DNA of 64,000 nucleotides from Pocillopora damicornis (lineage: Eukaryota), in the NCBI RefSeq assembly GCF_003704095.1, contig NW_020843823.1, positions 186,001 through 250,000 of the forward strand, written 5' to 3'. Below are positions 12,388-27,204 of the stretch, in pieces (within the stretch, counting starts at the first letter, position 1; every line of letters begins with the position of its first letter). A program made the position numbers and the translations under genes. Below the pieces are notes generated by a model. That model had not been told where the DNA came from, made no database searches, and worked only from the letters and a program-made list of their open reading frames with translations.

Positions 12388-15300
12388 GACATTTTAAACA
12401 TCTGTTGAATCTAAGATAATGGTACGAGGAACATGCCGCACAGAGGGTACCCTGGTAGCCAGTGTTACACTTTGAGTTTATTCCGCCCTTACATGAGTCT
12501 GGATAAGGGCACTTCAGAGGCTTTGGCAACTGTCCTTCAAAAATGGAGAAGGTTTTATTGTATTTAGCTGTGGTAATATGAATGTTGTGGACGAAACTTA
12601 AGTAAAATTCCATTTTTTCGGAGCTGTTCCATTTCCAAAAGTAATTTGGTGCTAATATTGCCGTATCATCCTCACAGTTCATTCCATGATATGGACACGA
12701 TTTGCAGGGACCAAAACGATTCAAGCGGTAGAATTTATGAAGGCATCGACATGCACGGTAACCAGCGGTTTCATTAGTTCTAGTACCTGTTTACAAACAC
12801 AGAAATGTTATGTAAACACATTGCGACCAAAATTTCCCAACATGAAAGCCCTTTACTCTTCTGAGAGATCTTTCAGGGACCAGTTGTTCAATGGACGGAT
12901 ACGATAACACTATCAAACGGGTAAATCGCTATCCAGTGGATAAGTGTTCACAAAACGTACTGCGCTATCCACCAAATTGAGATTTATCCAGTCAAGAGCG
13001 CTATCCAGCCTTTGAACAACCAGGGCCAGATGGCAACCACCAGTGCTCTCCACAACATTGTAAACCTATGGTTGCATGGGAAGTGATACACATCAGAGAC
13101 CACACCAAAATTTACCGACAGCACCTGGTCAACAATTTACGGTTAGCGACGGGTAGTCGTTTTTCCTCACCGCGCTCTGAAAATTAGCAATACAGGTGTC
13201 GAAATAAATGGCTTTTCCTAGCTTGGCTCCACGATCAGTAATGACTCTTAATCGCGAGAAAATGATTAATAATTAGTTTGTGTGTAAAATCATAATGAAA
13301 AACAAACACATTTTGCAAAGCATAAAATCATGGTAATCGGACAATAAGATGGTGAGTAAAACCACGCAAGAGTTTGTTATTGAACCTGATCCTTACCGTA
13401 TGGGCATGCGCGACAGTCATTAGGACTTTTTCCAGGATGCTGTTCCTCAGGAACATAGGTACCCGTGCTGCAAATCTTGCATCCATATTGACCCATCTCA
13501 TCTTGATAAAAGCCTCCTGAAACGAAAGCATTTTCAGTTAATACGTGTTACTTTTATTTTGAGATCAATGAATAGGCAAAAAAGAAAAAAATGTGCGCAA
13601 GCCCTGTTCGCAAGCCTTATGCGCTGGTTTGCGGAAGGAATGAAGGAGCGGAGGAACGAAGGAGTGAATTTTGGTTCGGCGCAATTCTAACAAAATCTTA
13701 AAGGGACTGATCCTTGATTTTTTTATTAGGAGCATCTGAATGCATGGAACAACGCGTCTAGTTTTTCGTGAAAAACGGTAATGAAAAAAAAAACAATAGC
13801 ATATTATAATCAAAAGACTTAAGTAATTACCTGCGGGACACTTTAAACAATTGGTGTGTGAGTCAACTGTCGGATAATAGGTACCCACCGAGCAAAAACT
13901 GCAGTTATAGCACCTGCGTAAAGGACCGTGCCTGTATTTTCGGCACATAAAACCTATGAGTCCCCTCATTACAAACCCAATTTCATCATTGCAGAGGACT
14001 ACGTGGAAGGTAGCTGACGGAGCACATTCGCTAAAGAAAGAAACAAAAGACAGATTGACACCGTTATCACCTCTTTCAACAACCAATAAAGCGAAATAGG
14101 GTTTATCTTTAGCGCATGAAGAAGACAGTGATAATCGTGTGAATGATTAAAGCGCCAAAGCCTCTGCAAGCCACCTAACCCTTGTTTAGCGACAAGTTTG
14201 CATTTCTCAGAAGGCAGACGCTCTAAGTAGGAGTTCGACTATTCCACTAGATTAGCTTTTACTATTTGTATGACACCAACTCACTCGTTACTAACATTTT
14301 ATGATAATTATTTATTTATCATTTACTTTGTATTAATTTCTAATTTGAATTTGTTGAAAACTGAGCTGGGTGAATAAATTAAGTCAAGTGTAAGTGTATA
14401 AAGCTAACTCATTGCTTACCCATTTGTTTCTAAGCTTTTCATGACTACTCACATTAAAGGAAAAGTAGACTTCCCTCGTGGAATCTTTCGAAGGTTTTTA
14501 CATGAAACAGCCCTGCAAGATGAAGCACAATCTTTATCATACGGTTTTTTTTTCAGTGATGGTAATGATATGGCCTGTAGCAACTAGAATTTGAATTTCT
14601 GTTAATTGTCAAGTAACTGCAAAATTATTTTATCATATAAACTGCGGTGTTATACAAGGATTTCCGGCCTTAAGAAAAGCCGTAACAACACACGTGAAAA
14701 AATATCGTATTTTTTCACGTGTGTTGATATAGCCAATCAGCTACTGACACGTCACTCGCCTTTAGCGCCACTCAATCAGGTTGATGAATGAACGGCAAAG
14801 CCTTCACCCATTTTTCCATCTTAAGAGTTAGCGCCAACGTACTCTACGATAGTTATTCGGAGATTGTCGATTCATTTATTTTCATTCATTAATGAAGTCG
14901 GCTTTTCTTCTCAGTAAAGGGCTATTATACAATAAACAAAGTTATTTATACGATAAACAAAGTAATACATGGTTGCTTGTAGACATGTAATTTCTCTTCT
15001 CGTGTTCAACTCGAAGAGAGATTCCATATCTACGTGCGCCCAGGTACTATTCTCTATTTTTATTATTTCCTCTTTCAATTGAACTACTGTTGTATGTTAT
15101 GCTGTATGTTATGTCTCTATTCAATTAAGTTCGCGTTTTTGCGTGAGGTTGTGTAAGAATTACGTAACGCCAGTAGCGTTGTATTTCTCGTCAGTATAAA
15201 GTTAGATAATTTTCATCGCTAGTTGATTTCAACTAAGTCAGTCGTTTCGTTACTTTTTGCTAGCGCCGTGTTACTTTTGTTTAAGAGTTTTACTATCGGA

Positions 15301-18300
15301 CCTGGTTACGCCACAAATTGTAAGTTCGTTTCTATTTCAAGTAGCTTTGTCTATATTCTTGTTGTTGTTATATTTGTACTGAGATATTTATATTAATTAT
15401 TTATTTTTAGTCAAATCACATTCACATATTACACATCTACACATCTTTACTTTTAAATATTTGTCGATCTGGGAGTTAGATTAAACGTGCATTCAAGTTG
15501 TGGCGTAAAACATGTAGTACATACAAACATGTACAAGGCCATGCTTTCAAACGGAGAGAACCAGAGTTACAAAGGAAAGCAGGTTTTTCAGTCCTTGGCA
15601 GACTCAGTGGCCGGGTTATCGTGTTAAGGTATTGGGCAAAACATTTTACTCTCCCCATGCCTCTCTCCACCCAGGAGTGTAAATGAGTGAAAGCCAATAG
15701 TCAGGGAAGCCTGATGAAATGCCGGGGATGTCATTGCGAAAGACTAGCATCTGGTCCCATCCAGGGGGGAGTGCTAATACTTCTAGTTGCTACATGCTAA
15801 GGAAACCGGGTTAAGCTTCGGCCAGGTGGATTACTTGGCTCGAGTTCAGTCTCCAGACATGTGCTTTAAAACTGGAATGATACACATAAAACATGATCCA
15901 ATTTAAGTGATGAGGTAACACTTGTACAATAAGCATCCGTGAATGCAAACAATTATCTTCAAATTGTTGATAATGCGCTCAAATCGTTGTGGCCAAAAAC
16001 AACAAAAACAAAACAATCCATATAATCGTACGTCCTGCACATTTTAAAAACATTAAGCTACGCCGCTTAGTTTTTACAGTGTTCGATTCTGCTACTCTTT
16101 TGATTGGATAATACTTACAATGTAGCATTTGTATTAATTCCCATGAACATCTGTCTTGGAAGAAATTTTAGGGGATTGTCAAATAGTGTCCTATAAACGA
16201 ATAAAAAAAGGCACATCTGACTTAAAAATCAATATTAAAAGTATTTTTAATCATTTGTTAATATCGTGTTCATAGTAAATACAGAGCACTTTGGTTATTG
16301 AATGAGTGGTATTTTTTTAATAAAAGATCTGAGACACTACAAGGCCCATAAGTTATTGGTCAAACCCTATCTTTTGTTGGTCTTTATTGCACCGGTAAAC
16401 CGATAGAAAATTGAAACATTGAAAAGTTATTTAATAAAAGCGAAAGACTGCCCTCTTTATCAGTTTACCGTGTCGGAGGCGAGTAATCCACAAACTTTTC
16501 AAGTGTTCTTCCAACATCCTGTGTGGATCATTATTCCGGTAAAACCTGTAGAAAGTGCGGTCTATCACTTCATTTAATGATTGAGAAACACGAACTTCTT
16601 TGTTTTGTGAGAGATTTAATATGTGATCTTGTCTTGATCTCAAACCAACCAAAAGCTATGTGGAAAAACATTCTTTTAGATGTCGATTATGCATATTCTT
16701 GAATTAAAAGAGATTTTTGCTTATAACTTACATCGATTTAAGGTCACTGAGGCCTCGAAAACCGTTGCTATCAACATCTTTGATTCTGTTTCCGTGAAGG
16801 AACCTGTTTAAAGTGACAGTAAGATTGTTCGAGAAGGAGCACAACAGGTTAAGTTCTACTCAAGCCATACCGACTCAGGTTATGCAATTTTCTTAATTAT
16901 GGGGAGCCTCTGATTTTCAATTAAGAAAGAAGCTATAAAGTTTATGAGTTAATCATTTTTCATACGCTCAACGTTCGAGTGTTTCCCCGTATCATCCCTT
17001 TTTTCTTAAAAAATACCGTTTTGTGTGAAAATTAAAAAGGAGAACTCCAAAGTACTTACAAAATTTGTAACGGAGTGTCAGCAAAAGTGTTTTCAGGAAT
17101 GAAAGCCAGACTGTTGTTTACGAGCGACCTAATGTTAAAAGAAGTAAAAGATTGTGGCACGATGATTATTAATAGTATATACATTATGTACGTATAGAGA
17201 CTATATACATTATAAAGCAGAATGAATTGCTGGTAATCTCTTGCATGCGACGCCGATCCCTCACAGGTAATCACTCAGCATTTCCTTGGTTTCAATTGAC
17301 AGTTTGAATTGGCGCCCGTTTGCAAGGAAAACTATGGACAGCAGATTGATCTTAATTGTATAAGTCATGATGCGTGACTTGATTAAACAGCTCAAACAAA
17401 CTCCATTAATTAGCTTATTATATAAATCTTATTTATCCTCGAGGAAAACAGGTTTAAAATGCCGAAGTACAAGAGGTTAGGTAAAAATGAGGGCCTTGAA
17501 TTTCAAGTTCTTCCAGTGATGATTCTTTGTCGACATGTGTGAGTGCTGTAATTGGCTATGGCGAGCCTTTGTGAAAAGAACAGGATATACATACAACATG
17601 CGCAGATTTTTGAGCCCAGCGAATGAGCGGCGGCTGATTTCTGAGATGTAATTGTAACTTAACGCCCTTCAGATCAAAAGAAAACACAAAATGAATACAT
17701 TAATTCGAGTTTATCGTTATTCGGTTTTATGTATCGTACAGTGATCAGAATATCAGAATACTAAGTTCAAGTTAGTTTAGTTTTTCTTTTCTTTCTTTTT
17801 CTTTTCAATCAAACACAGTAGAGCATAACATCAAAGAGAGAAGATGCAGAATGTGATCTGACATCACAAAATGGCATCTTGTTACTCACAACCGAACTAA
17901 CTGCTTGCACCCAGAAAACGCCTCATGTGGTATGAACTGGAGATTATTGAAGGACAAATCCCTGTGAAGAGAAACAGAAAGACAGGCTGTGTAAGAGACT
18001 AATCATTATTTTCGCCTAGGGGAAAGGGTTTTTGAGGAGATCACATGGTTTTCAGAGAGGGAGTGGGGGGTTCCTACGTCATCAACAGAGTATAAGGGGG
18101 GACCGTATGAAATTGACTACTAATTAATTGCTAATCAGGAAGGGGATCATAAGAATGTTACAGAGTCTTACGGAGGATCAGTTACACAGAATCCTTCCTC
18201 TCCTCCCCCTCCTCCCCGCAGCTCGATAAATAATGACTGGCTCCTAAGCTATTTAATGTGGCGAAACAGATATAAGGGAAGATTGAGAATAATCTTTCAT

Positions 18301-21300
18301 GAGGACTTCTTTACCTTTCTACTTGCATTGGATAATACAGACAGACTTACAAAGTGTATGCGACGGGTAAGTTCTGAAAGATATCGGTTGGTAGCTCTTT
18401 GATGTCATTATTTCCCAATAACCTGCACATAAGAACGTCAGGAAGTGAAGTTAATCTTCGTTGATTAAATTGTGTTTCTATTCTCGCACTGATATTTCTT
18501 AATTGCGGTGACTGTTGTAAACATCTTGATAAATAAGGATCACAGTAGATCGAAGAAAAATACTGCAATCTGATTGGCTGCGCCAGCCAATCTCCATTTC
18601 GCGATGGATAGTGAGAAAAGTGGGTAGCCTTAGAGGAGGATACAAAATATGAGTCTTTAAAAGTTTTAACGATCAAAAGGTTTTTATGTATATAAAAAAT
18701 TACAACTAAATCATTCTCTCTCGATTTCTATGGTTTCGTAATCATAAACTAACACGCGATAGAAAGCTCTCTAACTAATAGTTAGAGAGGCTTTGACGAC
18801 GAATTACAAAGCGCTTTCTATTGCATCCTTTTCACCTGACCAGAATTTATACATATTGATTTTCTATTCTTATGAAGACTCGTTTTGCAAAGTAACAATA
18901 AAAACAATCGATGCCCTGCGGAGAATAACAAGATATACCGAAAAAATTTTTGCCTACAGGTCTTTCACGACTTTTGAGGTTGCGCTGTTGAGTCGTGATA
19001 TGTCCTTGATTTTGTTACGTTCCATGTCTCTACAAAATATAAAGAAGGATGAAGATTAGATTGAAGCAAATTAAAAAGCTCTCTATTTCCTACAATTAAT
19101 TCTCCGAGCCACCCCTGGAATATAAACGTCCAAGGAATAATCATTGAAGCGGAAGTTGACATCACAAAAAAGCCACAGGCGCGCCACTGCGCAGGGTACT
19201 GGAGTTTTCATTAGGAAAATATCATTGGACTGAAAACAAAATAAAAGCGAGTGATCACGTGCTGAACATTGCCCTGAGTTTGCCTTGGGATGATTCCAGT
19301 TTTCATTGACCCTTCCTGTCGGAAAAGAACATTCAGTCCCTTTACCAGAATGAAATTTATGTGCTTCTGGAATGTCTACGCATACAAGAGGGGATGGCAT
19401 TTCACTAGTTAGTCTTGTTGTCACATCAGCTTATAATAACTCATCGACCTTTGGGAAATTACTTAATCCCAAGGGTTACAAATTTAGTCTTACGTTGGAG
19501 GTAGCGGGGCAGAGCGGTTACGGCGCCGGACTTGTAGTCTGCTGGGCTCAATTCCTCCAACTATCTAATCACTGGATTTGTTGTTGCTCGCCCTAAGTAA
19601 ATATCCTTGGCTGCGCCCTTTATAAAGAGGCCAAATATAGCCAACTTATTTACTCCCTGCCAATTGAGTGATTTTGTTTCGCAATCTGTGTTCAATTGTA
19701 ATATGTCCACATCGGCTTTAAGGAGCCGCATCATCTGGTACCCTGATCCTACCGTGTAACTGAAATGTAAGATCTTACAACCGCTTGGCCGTGATAGGCT
19801 TGGGTAGGAGACTGAGAGCCGCATTGAAAGAATAGCTGATAAAGTAACTATTAAGATAAGTAAGGTGAAATGGTATGTGGTAATCAGTGAAAAGGACTAA
19901 TTCACAGCGTCAATCACTTACAACTTAATCAAACTAGTGAGGCCAGTTAAATCTGGCACAGATGTTAACTTGTTGGTTTTCAGAAGTCTGGAAAAGAAAC
20001 AAAAAATTTGACTTCAAACAAACCGTTACGGCTAGAGCTACAGCCACCATTACTACAACTGCTAACACCATTATTACGATTAGACATGGAGAATAATACA
20101 TGGGCGTGCGTAGATATGGAATTTCGCTTCGAGTTGAACACGAATATATAATAAACGTTAAACACGTTTATCGTCTGAACATAAAAGCCCTTTACCGACA
20201 AGAAAAGTCGACTTTGATTGAATGTAAATAAAAGGATCGACTATCCCCGAATAAAGTGCGTTGTCGCACTCACTATGGAAACATGCGTTAGATCACTACA
20301 AAAACAAACAAGGGACCTAATTTCCAATATACAAAATTCTCAGTTATTGACTTAGTCCTTACCGACAAAGAAATCTTTCAGGTACACGGCCAAATCGGCC
20401 TATGGCAAATCTTCCAGCTGCCTATTTTCGTTCTCAGCCACGAGAAATGCCAGTAAAGCCACTAAATACGTAACTTTCGGTCTTTCTTTTCATATTTTGG
20501 TTTTCTTCCTCTTCTAGGATAGTTTGAACGGTTCTGTATGTAAGCGATACGGATTTTTCAGTGCTTTAGCAGCCATAATCCGAAAAAAATTCCGACAAAC
20601 GAACTTGGATTGAGAATGGTGAAGGCTTTGCCGTTCATTCATCAACCTGACCGGGTGGCGCGAAAGGCGAGTTACGTATCAGCAGCTGATTGGCGATACC
20701 AAACACACGTGAAAAAACATACTGATTTACCTGATCCCCCCATAAGGCTCTGTAGTATTCTAATGACCCCCCTCACTATTTAGCTCGAAGGATCCCCTTC
20801 TGTTCTCCCTGAAAGGGAGTCAACAGTTGGAGTCAACACGGAGTCAACAGTTGGTCGTAAAACATTTGTTAATCACGAGTATGATTACAGACAGAATTGG
20901 ACGACACCAAGTCCTGTTACCAATTAATCAAAACTAGGACAAAATTTGAGAAAGAAAGGGCATTGGTTATACGTTTTCATAAAAAAAAAAAGCTACAGTG
21001 AATTAACTCGGCAAAATGCGAGACAACAGCGCGCGCACACGACGCATTCTGTCCACTTACACAGGCATGGCTTGTTAACTGTCCTATTACATTATCCAAA
21101 TACAAGCATGACGCGCACGCTGTCCTATTCGTGCTCAAATTGCACCGGTGATAACCAATCACGTTCGAGAATTTTGTAATAGTTTTGATAAATAATGGTA
21201 ATAGGACCGAGTGGAGTCCAATTAGGTCTGTAATTATACGAGTGATTAACAAAATCGGACGATCGCGAAGCGGAAGTCCAATTTGTCAATCACTCGTATG

Positions 21301-23565
21301 ATTACAGAACGAATTGAACGACAAGAAGTCCTGTTATCAATTAATCATAACCATTTAAATTTCTGAAAAAGCAAATACACCTTAAACAAATATCTCCAGT
21401 GGAGACAATGTTTTTAGTTAAAAATTCCTCTATTATGGAAATTCCCCAGTTTTTCTTTGGATAAGTGATTGTTGCTTTAGTTATTTTGATCATTTCTGTG
21501 ATTGGTAGATTAGCTCAGTGGACTTAGTATGATTGGCTGCTTCAACTGTCCGATTACAGCCAACTGTCCGATTACACTGTTCGATTACAACTGTGCAGAA
21601 TGATTAGTGAAAAATGAAGCTGCGAATACACCAATAACATTTTAGGAATTTGTAATGATTGTGATTAACAATTTAACTGCAGAATCTAAATGGAGGCGGG
21701 AAAATACGATACAATGTTTACAAGGACAAAGAGCACTTACAAAGAAGAGAGGCTCTTGAAACGACTGAATGTTCCATCAAGAATCGTTGAAAGAGAATTG
21801 TTATGCAGATCCCTGTGACAAATTAAAATAAGTCATTGAACCAGGAAAGTTACAGTTTCACGTGGAAGGAAACTAAAACCTCTCCAAAAAAGGGTTCTTA
21901 ATTAGAGAAAATGCTTTAGATAAATAACACATGCCGCCATTTTAGGTTTTATTGCCCCGTTAAAAGCCAAGCGAACTCAAACTTCGCTTCAAAAATGTTT
22001 TATCTTTTAGAGAAAATCTACGTTCGGTTTCTCGGATGTTTTTAAGGCGGATTGCAGTCCCGCTCCTCTAAACATGCACATCTCAGCTGCAGGAAGGGCT
22101 CAATTCGGACGGCCAGACCATTTCGCAATTTTCTTTACTTACAAAAACTTGAGTTTATCAGAAAGTCCTTTGAAGGTTTCTGGCTCCATACGAGACAACA
22201 TGTTGCAAGCAAGGTCCCTGAAAGTTTAAGGTAGAATAATGACAACCTTTAAATTTTTCTCACAACTCATTAAACCCCATTCAATGGCTAAGGAGGGAAA
22301 CCCTTTGTATATTATAAAATGGGTTGGAAAAAAATTAACTGTTGGATACTTACAGGTCAGCTAATTGCTCCATCGATTTAAAGGTTCCGCTCTCAATATG
22401 CTTTAGTCCACATTTTCTCAAACATCTAGTGAGGTAATAAGTTCTTAAACGTGGTTAAAAAATAAAAATAGGAGTATATTACCGTTGCATTCAAAGCACC
22501 CGTTTTTCAGGTCAAAGCATTGTTGATGATAACATGACCTTTTGATTGATTCCAACAGAAAAATGAAGATACAAGTTTAGCGAGAGATTAGGAACTCTTG
22601 TGGTTAGTTACTTACAGAAAGATCATACTTTCACAGCCTTCAAAAGTGTCCACTGTCAAGTTAGGTCCGATTGGATTTCCAGTTATATCTCTGTGGCAAT
22701 GGATACCAAAAATATATCAGCTTAATTCATGGCAAAGCATTGTGTTGCAGCCTTACATTTTCTGCTCAGAAACTGGACTCATATCTTGGGATACACATCT
22801 TATAGGTTAAATGAGGTATAAAGCAATGATGTGATACTTCAGCTAAAGAGCTCTCATTAGAGTAAAAATGTTATACCCTATCGATGAAATTGCTATGGTC
22901 GGAATCGTGAAATATTGAACATGTAATTAGGCATACTTACAAATTTTTGATTCTCTTAGAATGTTTCAAAATAAGTTTCAGGTCAATCAAAGATAGTCTA
23001 TTAAAGCGTACTAAGCTGAAATTAAAAAAATATCCCGCAGTCGATATATTGAATTAATCTAAGAACGGCAGAATAGTGGCTTTACATTGATTTTGTTATG
23101 TTTAAAAACAAGACAACTAGTATTAATTTTCGCATGATATCAAGAATTGTCAAACTTCGTGCCCGTGTTATCTATCTACCTCAGCCTTTGGCTTCAGCAG
23201 ATAACCCAGACTTCGGCTTTGATAAGTAATAGTAATGGGACTGAGTGGAGTCCAATTCAATCTGAAATTATACAGATGATAACAAAATCGGACCCGCAGC
23301 GGAAGTCCGATCTATTTATCACGAGTATGATTAGAGACAGAGTTGGACGACATGAAGAATTATCACCAATTAATCATTACAATTTCTGAGAAAAGAAGAA
23401 TATCCAATTAAGTTATGAAAGAAAGGGAAAATTTTCATTAAAGGACTGACAAAGGAGGTGTAAATTGTTTAATTGGTTGATTTAAACTACTACTTTGAAT
23501 GCGATTGGTTGATTTAATCTACAAATCTGAAGGTGGTTGGCTTCTTGAACTGTCTGACAACAAAT

Positions 23566-23598
<33 letters not shown>

Positions 23599-25971
23599 AA
23601 TATAGTAGTTTTTCAAACTATAACAATCAATTATCCATCGTATCATTTTCAACCTCATCTGATAATTGCTTGGTAGTAGTCAAAACAGCCTGAGAAACTC
23701 AAAAGGCTAATACTTACACTATTGCCGAGTTTTTTGGAAGATAAAATCCACCTTGGATAAAGTTGTTGTTGATATTTCTGTGAGGGTAAAATAAAATATT
23801 TTCACCGCTCTAACGCGTGTTGCACAAAATGTTATTTTATTGAATTGTAAACTAAACATGCTAAACTGAACCTTGAGTTAGTTAGATATACCTTAAGCCC
23901 ATTTGGAAAGAGTGTATGTACTGAGCCCAAACCCAAATTAAAGTAATCATGACTACAACCAATCAAAACAGAGATACACACCACATGGAAGCCATTCAAA
24001 ACTCAAAGTACAGACATTTTACGACATCAAGCGAGGGAAAACGCGAGTGATTTGAAACGACTGGTTTTTAATTGCATTTTAACTGCATCTAGAGAGAGGT
24101 GTAAGGTAGAAAGGCAAAAATAGCGCTATTCTGAATTACTTTAGATATGGAAATTCAAGCTAAAAAAGTACACGCAGCTCCTTTGCATTTGCTTCCTTGA
24201 TTTCTCCTCTCATTAAAGTATTTTTCTCAAAAAAGAAATTCTCTACTTGCATTGTCTCAAGCAGCGTCAAATTTCGAAAGGTGTTCTTTGGAACTGACCT
24301 CAAATCGTTCCACGAAAGATCTCTGTTATGGCAAAAAAATTGTAAACATATGAGCAATCAATGAGAAAAAATATATATAAAAGAAGTGAACATATCAGCA
24401 GGCGGGAATTTTTTAGTTGATTCTCAATTGGAAGTTGACAATCAAATAAATATTTCATTTGTCCGCCGAAGCAGCTTGTTCGATGTTCAGTCGCTTAGTA
24501 AAAAAACCAAAACCAAAACCAAACCAAACTTTCCCTAGGGGAAAAAAAAAAAAGAAGGAAAATTTTAAGTTCAGGATCCTCTAATTCTCAGAGGCGAAAC
24601 AAAGTTCAGATGAAGTATTTGGAAGTTTGAAGAACGTCTAGCACGATTAACGACTGAAAAGAAAAGTCCAGTAAAACTTTAACGTCGCACACTGCCTTTA
24701 CTCTTGAAAAAATCTCTCCTCCAACTATTAGTAATCTGAACATTTATGAAGTTATTTAGCTCATTTGAAAAAGGCAAAAAAGACAATTTTCCGGGCTCGT
24801 CTTAGAGATGTAGTGTTTCGTTTTCCCCAATTCAATCACTAGGGATAGTCCACACGTGGATTCATTTCTATCATACATATTCAGAAAATAGAGAATCCCA
24901 GCTAGATCACGTACAGTAAAAACCAAATTAATACAACGTTCCTCTTTTCATACCAAATACATTTTTGAGATAAAGGGCGGAGAGCATCATGAACAGAAAT
25001 TTTCAACCTACACATTCTTAAGCGACGTCAGGTTTGTGAAAGCATCCTCTTTGATAGACGTCAGATGATTACCTGAAAGATTCCTTAAAAAAATAGCATA
25101 TACATACGTGATTTTACCTAATCATTTTTACCACTTATGTACCGGCAACGGCTAGACGCATCATCTTTTCGAAGAAGAAACTCTGGTTATATTGCAACAA
25201 TTCGCACTAAATTTCTTTCAGCGTTCTGGCTTATTTTTCCGCCGAGTGAGACAGTATGGTCATCAGTCTCGATTTACCGATATCGGAGCTTATTTTAGAG
25301 ATAAAGGGTATCCCAGACCAGAGTTTTTTGTGGCTTCAGTCAGTTAGGATGGTCCATACATTTATAACTATCAGTAGAAAAATATCGTCAGTAGAAATTG
25401 GAGAATGCTATCCACTGTCTCTTTTTATAATGGTTGAGTTACTGTGGACAAAATAAAATGATTGAATTCAGTAGACTTTGACCTGTTCTTAAAAAGCCTT
25501 TGAGTTTCTAAAGACCTATTTTTATTTTTGCCGCATTAACCGTTCACCTTGGGAAGATAACTTATCATGGAATTTTTTCAGGCTGTTATTTGATATGCAC
25601 GAGTCGTCAGAGTCAGGTTTTACAATATGTTGACAATTGTAGCAAATGTGTTACCATAAAACATTAAAATTGTGGCGATTTTTCCTCATCCAATTAAAGG
25701 AAGAGTTATTTTAATATAAGGATAACTCTTCTGGGGGACTAAGTTCTTATTCTACTCACAATATCACTGTATTCGATGGCAAATCATCAGGCACCTGTGT
25801 AATTCCAGAGCACTTCACGATAGTTCGACTATCGCCAAAAGGTGTACAAGTACAAGTCCCTGGATGAACGTCTTCTAAACAACACAATCCTAAAGCTGCG
25901 GATGACAGCACAATTAAAAACTGTATCACAGGCAGACATGCCGAAGGTCGGAGCTCAGAAACTTTACCCAT
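12388..25971 (-). CDS. Leucine-rich-repeat receptor-like protein: signal peptide, LRRNT, 16 LRRs, Cys-rich (GCC2/GCC3, ephrin-receptor-like) repeats; probably multi-pass TM; 3' end lost in gap
   Basis: Phase-consistent exons: 25971-25760, 25083-25012, 24322-24251, 23777-23718, 23015-22941, 22690-22616, 22425-22354, 22217-22143, 21812-21741, 19987-19922, 19029-18958, 18422-18351, 17961-17890, 17666-17595, 17128-17060, 16803-16732, 16190-16119, 14512-14453, 14030-13831, 13516-13397, 12786->12388 (gap). LRR exons are 60-75 nt and phase 2-2 (e.g. NLSGNHLTSIKEDAFTNLTSL, DLSFNNLQFIPHEAFSGCKQL). About 710 aa with no stop before the gap. Confidence 0.9.
14640..15060. repeat. Interspersed repeat in a receptor intron; partial inverted copy at ~20620-20720
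   Basis: cacgtgtgttgatatagccaatcagct...tcaggttgatgaatgaacggcaaagccttc matches the reverse complement at 20620-20717. Confidence 0.6.
15600..15850 (+). repeat. SINE-like interspersed repeat
   Basis: Core ...ttgggcaa(a/g)acatttt...cctctctccacccaggagt.t.aatg is shared with 49535-49685; weaker copies near 41700 and 46900. Confidence 0.55.
20865..21660 (+). repeat. Interspersed repeat (partly duplicated in tandem); another copy at 23228-23600
   Basis: aatggtaataggac(c/t)gagtggagtccaatt...aacaaaatcggac...gcggaagtcc...gtatgattacaga...ccaattaatca recurs at 20865, 21195 and 23228. Confidence 0.7.
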
Positions 25972-27204
25972 CTATGAAAAGAAAGTAAATACATGCATTA
26001 AGGTTTCGTAAGCCCGCACATGCCTGAGTGAGAGTGATGCTAGCGCTAGCTCAACCAAGAAGGATATGCCTTGGATTTATATAAAAAGGAAAAAACCAAA
26101 GTTGAAAAAGCAGCGCGGGAGCAAGGTCATTGTCTGGAAAGTTGAGTTTTTGTTTAGAGAGCGATTTTTCATATTTATTCTTTGCTTGACCATGGGCGTC
26201 TGTCTCCCTCAGAAATGTTGTAAAAACATCGCTTTCAACTGTAAATCATACATTTATGAATTTCCAAATGGAATTTAAATTTTCCATTTTATATAAAAGC
26301 TTCTCTTCACCTCTAAATTTGACTCGTAACTCAATTATGCTTAAGCTTTAAAGAAATTTTAAAACAAAATGAATCAGTCACAAAATCATTACGTATCAAA
26401 CACCACCGTCGGCTGAATGATTTTAAGTCAAAACCCGCTGAATGGATATCAGGATTTCTTTGCAATATGCTTGAACAAACCTCAGCGTGGCTTTTATCGA
26501 GCTTCTGTGACGACCAACCTCTGCGAATTTCTTTTTCCTTCTATACCCTGATATTCAGTTTAAATTGTAAACTACTTGTTCCTTGATCCCATCCTTTTAT
26601 GATGATTTTTAATGACCCCATCAGACATAGGTTCGATCTAGAAACAGATGGCACTGACAGAAACTGATACTTTATATCAATTGCTAATGCTAATGAAACA
26701 TCATCCAATGTCAGCAGCTATAATCAAGAATAGGCCTGACAATTTTTTTTCCTTGATAGTTCTTTTTTAAATGTTCGGATGAAAGCATCCCTTGTCTAAA
26801 ATCCTGTTCTATTAGACTTTTTCGTTGTTCAGTTTTCAGTCGCCATTAACCTAACTATATAGATACATCCTTCACTTGCGAGAAATCCTGAACTCGGGCA
26901 ATATTATCTTATGAATTTCATCGCTAATTACGAGAGGTTGTTAATTACTTTCAGAACTTTAAGAATAATGAATGCAGTTTGCCTTTCATAACTAGCATCA
27001 GTTCACTAATTGTAGTTTTCAGAACGAAGTTGAACACTTGTATCCAATGCAAAACATAACGGAATTAAGTTGATCCGAAACAAATATGTATTAAAAAGCG
27101 AAACNNNNNNNNNNNNNNNNNNNNNNNNNNNNNNNNNNNNNNNNNNNNNNNNNNNNNNNNNNNNNNNNNNNNNNNNNNNNNNNNNNNNNNNNNNNNNNNN
27201 NNNN

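Noticed and set aside
20362-20460. Possible extra receptor exon (gtaagg donor on the minus strand)
   Set aside because: No LRR-like translation or good acceptor; the flanking exons already join in phase.
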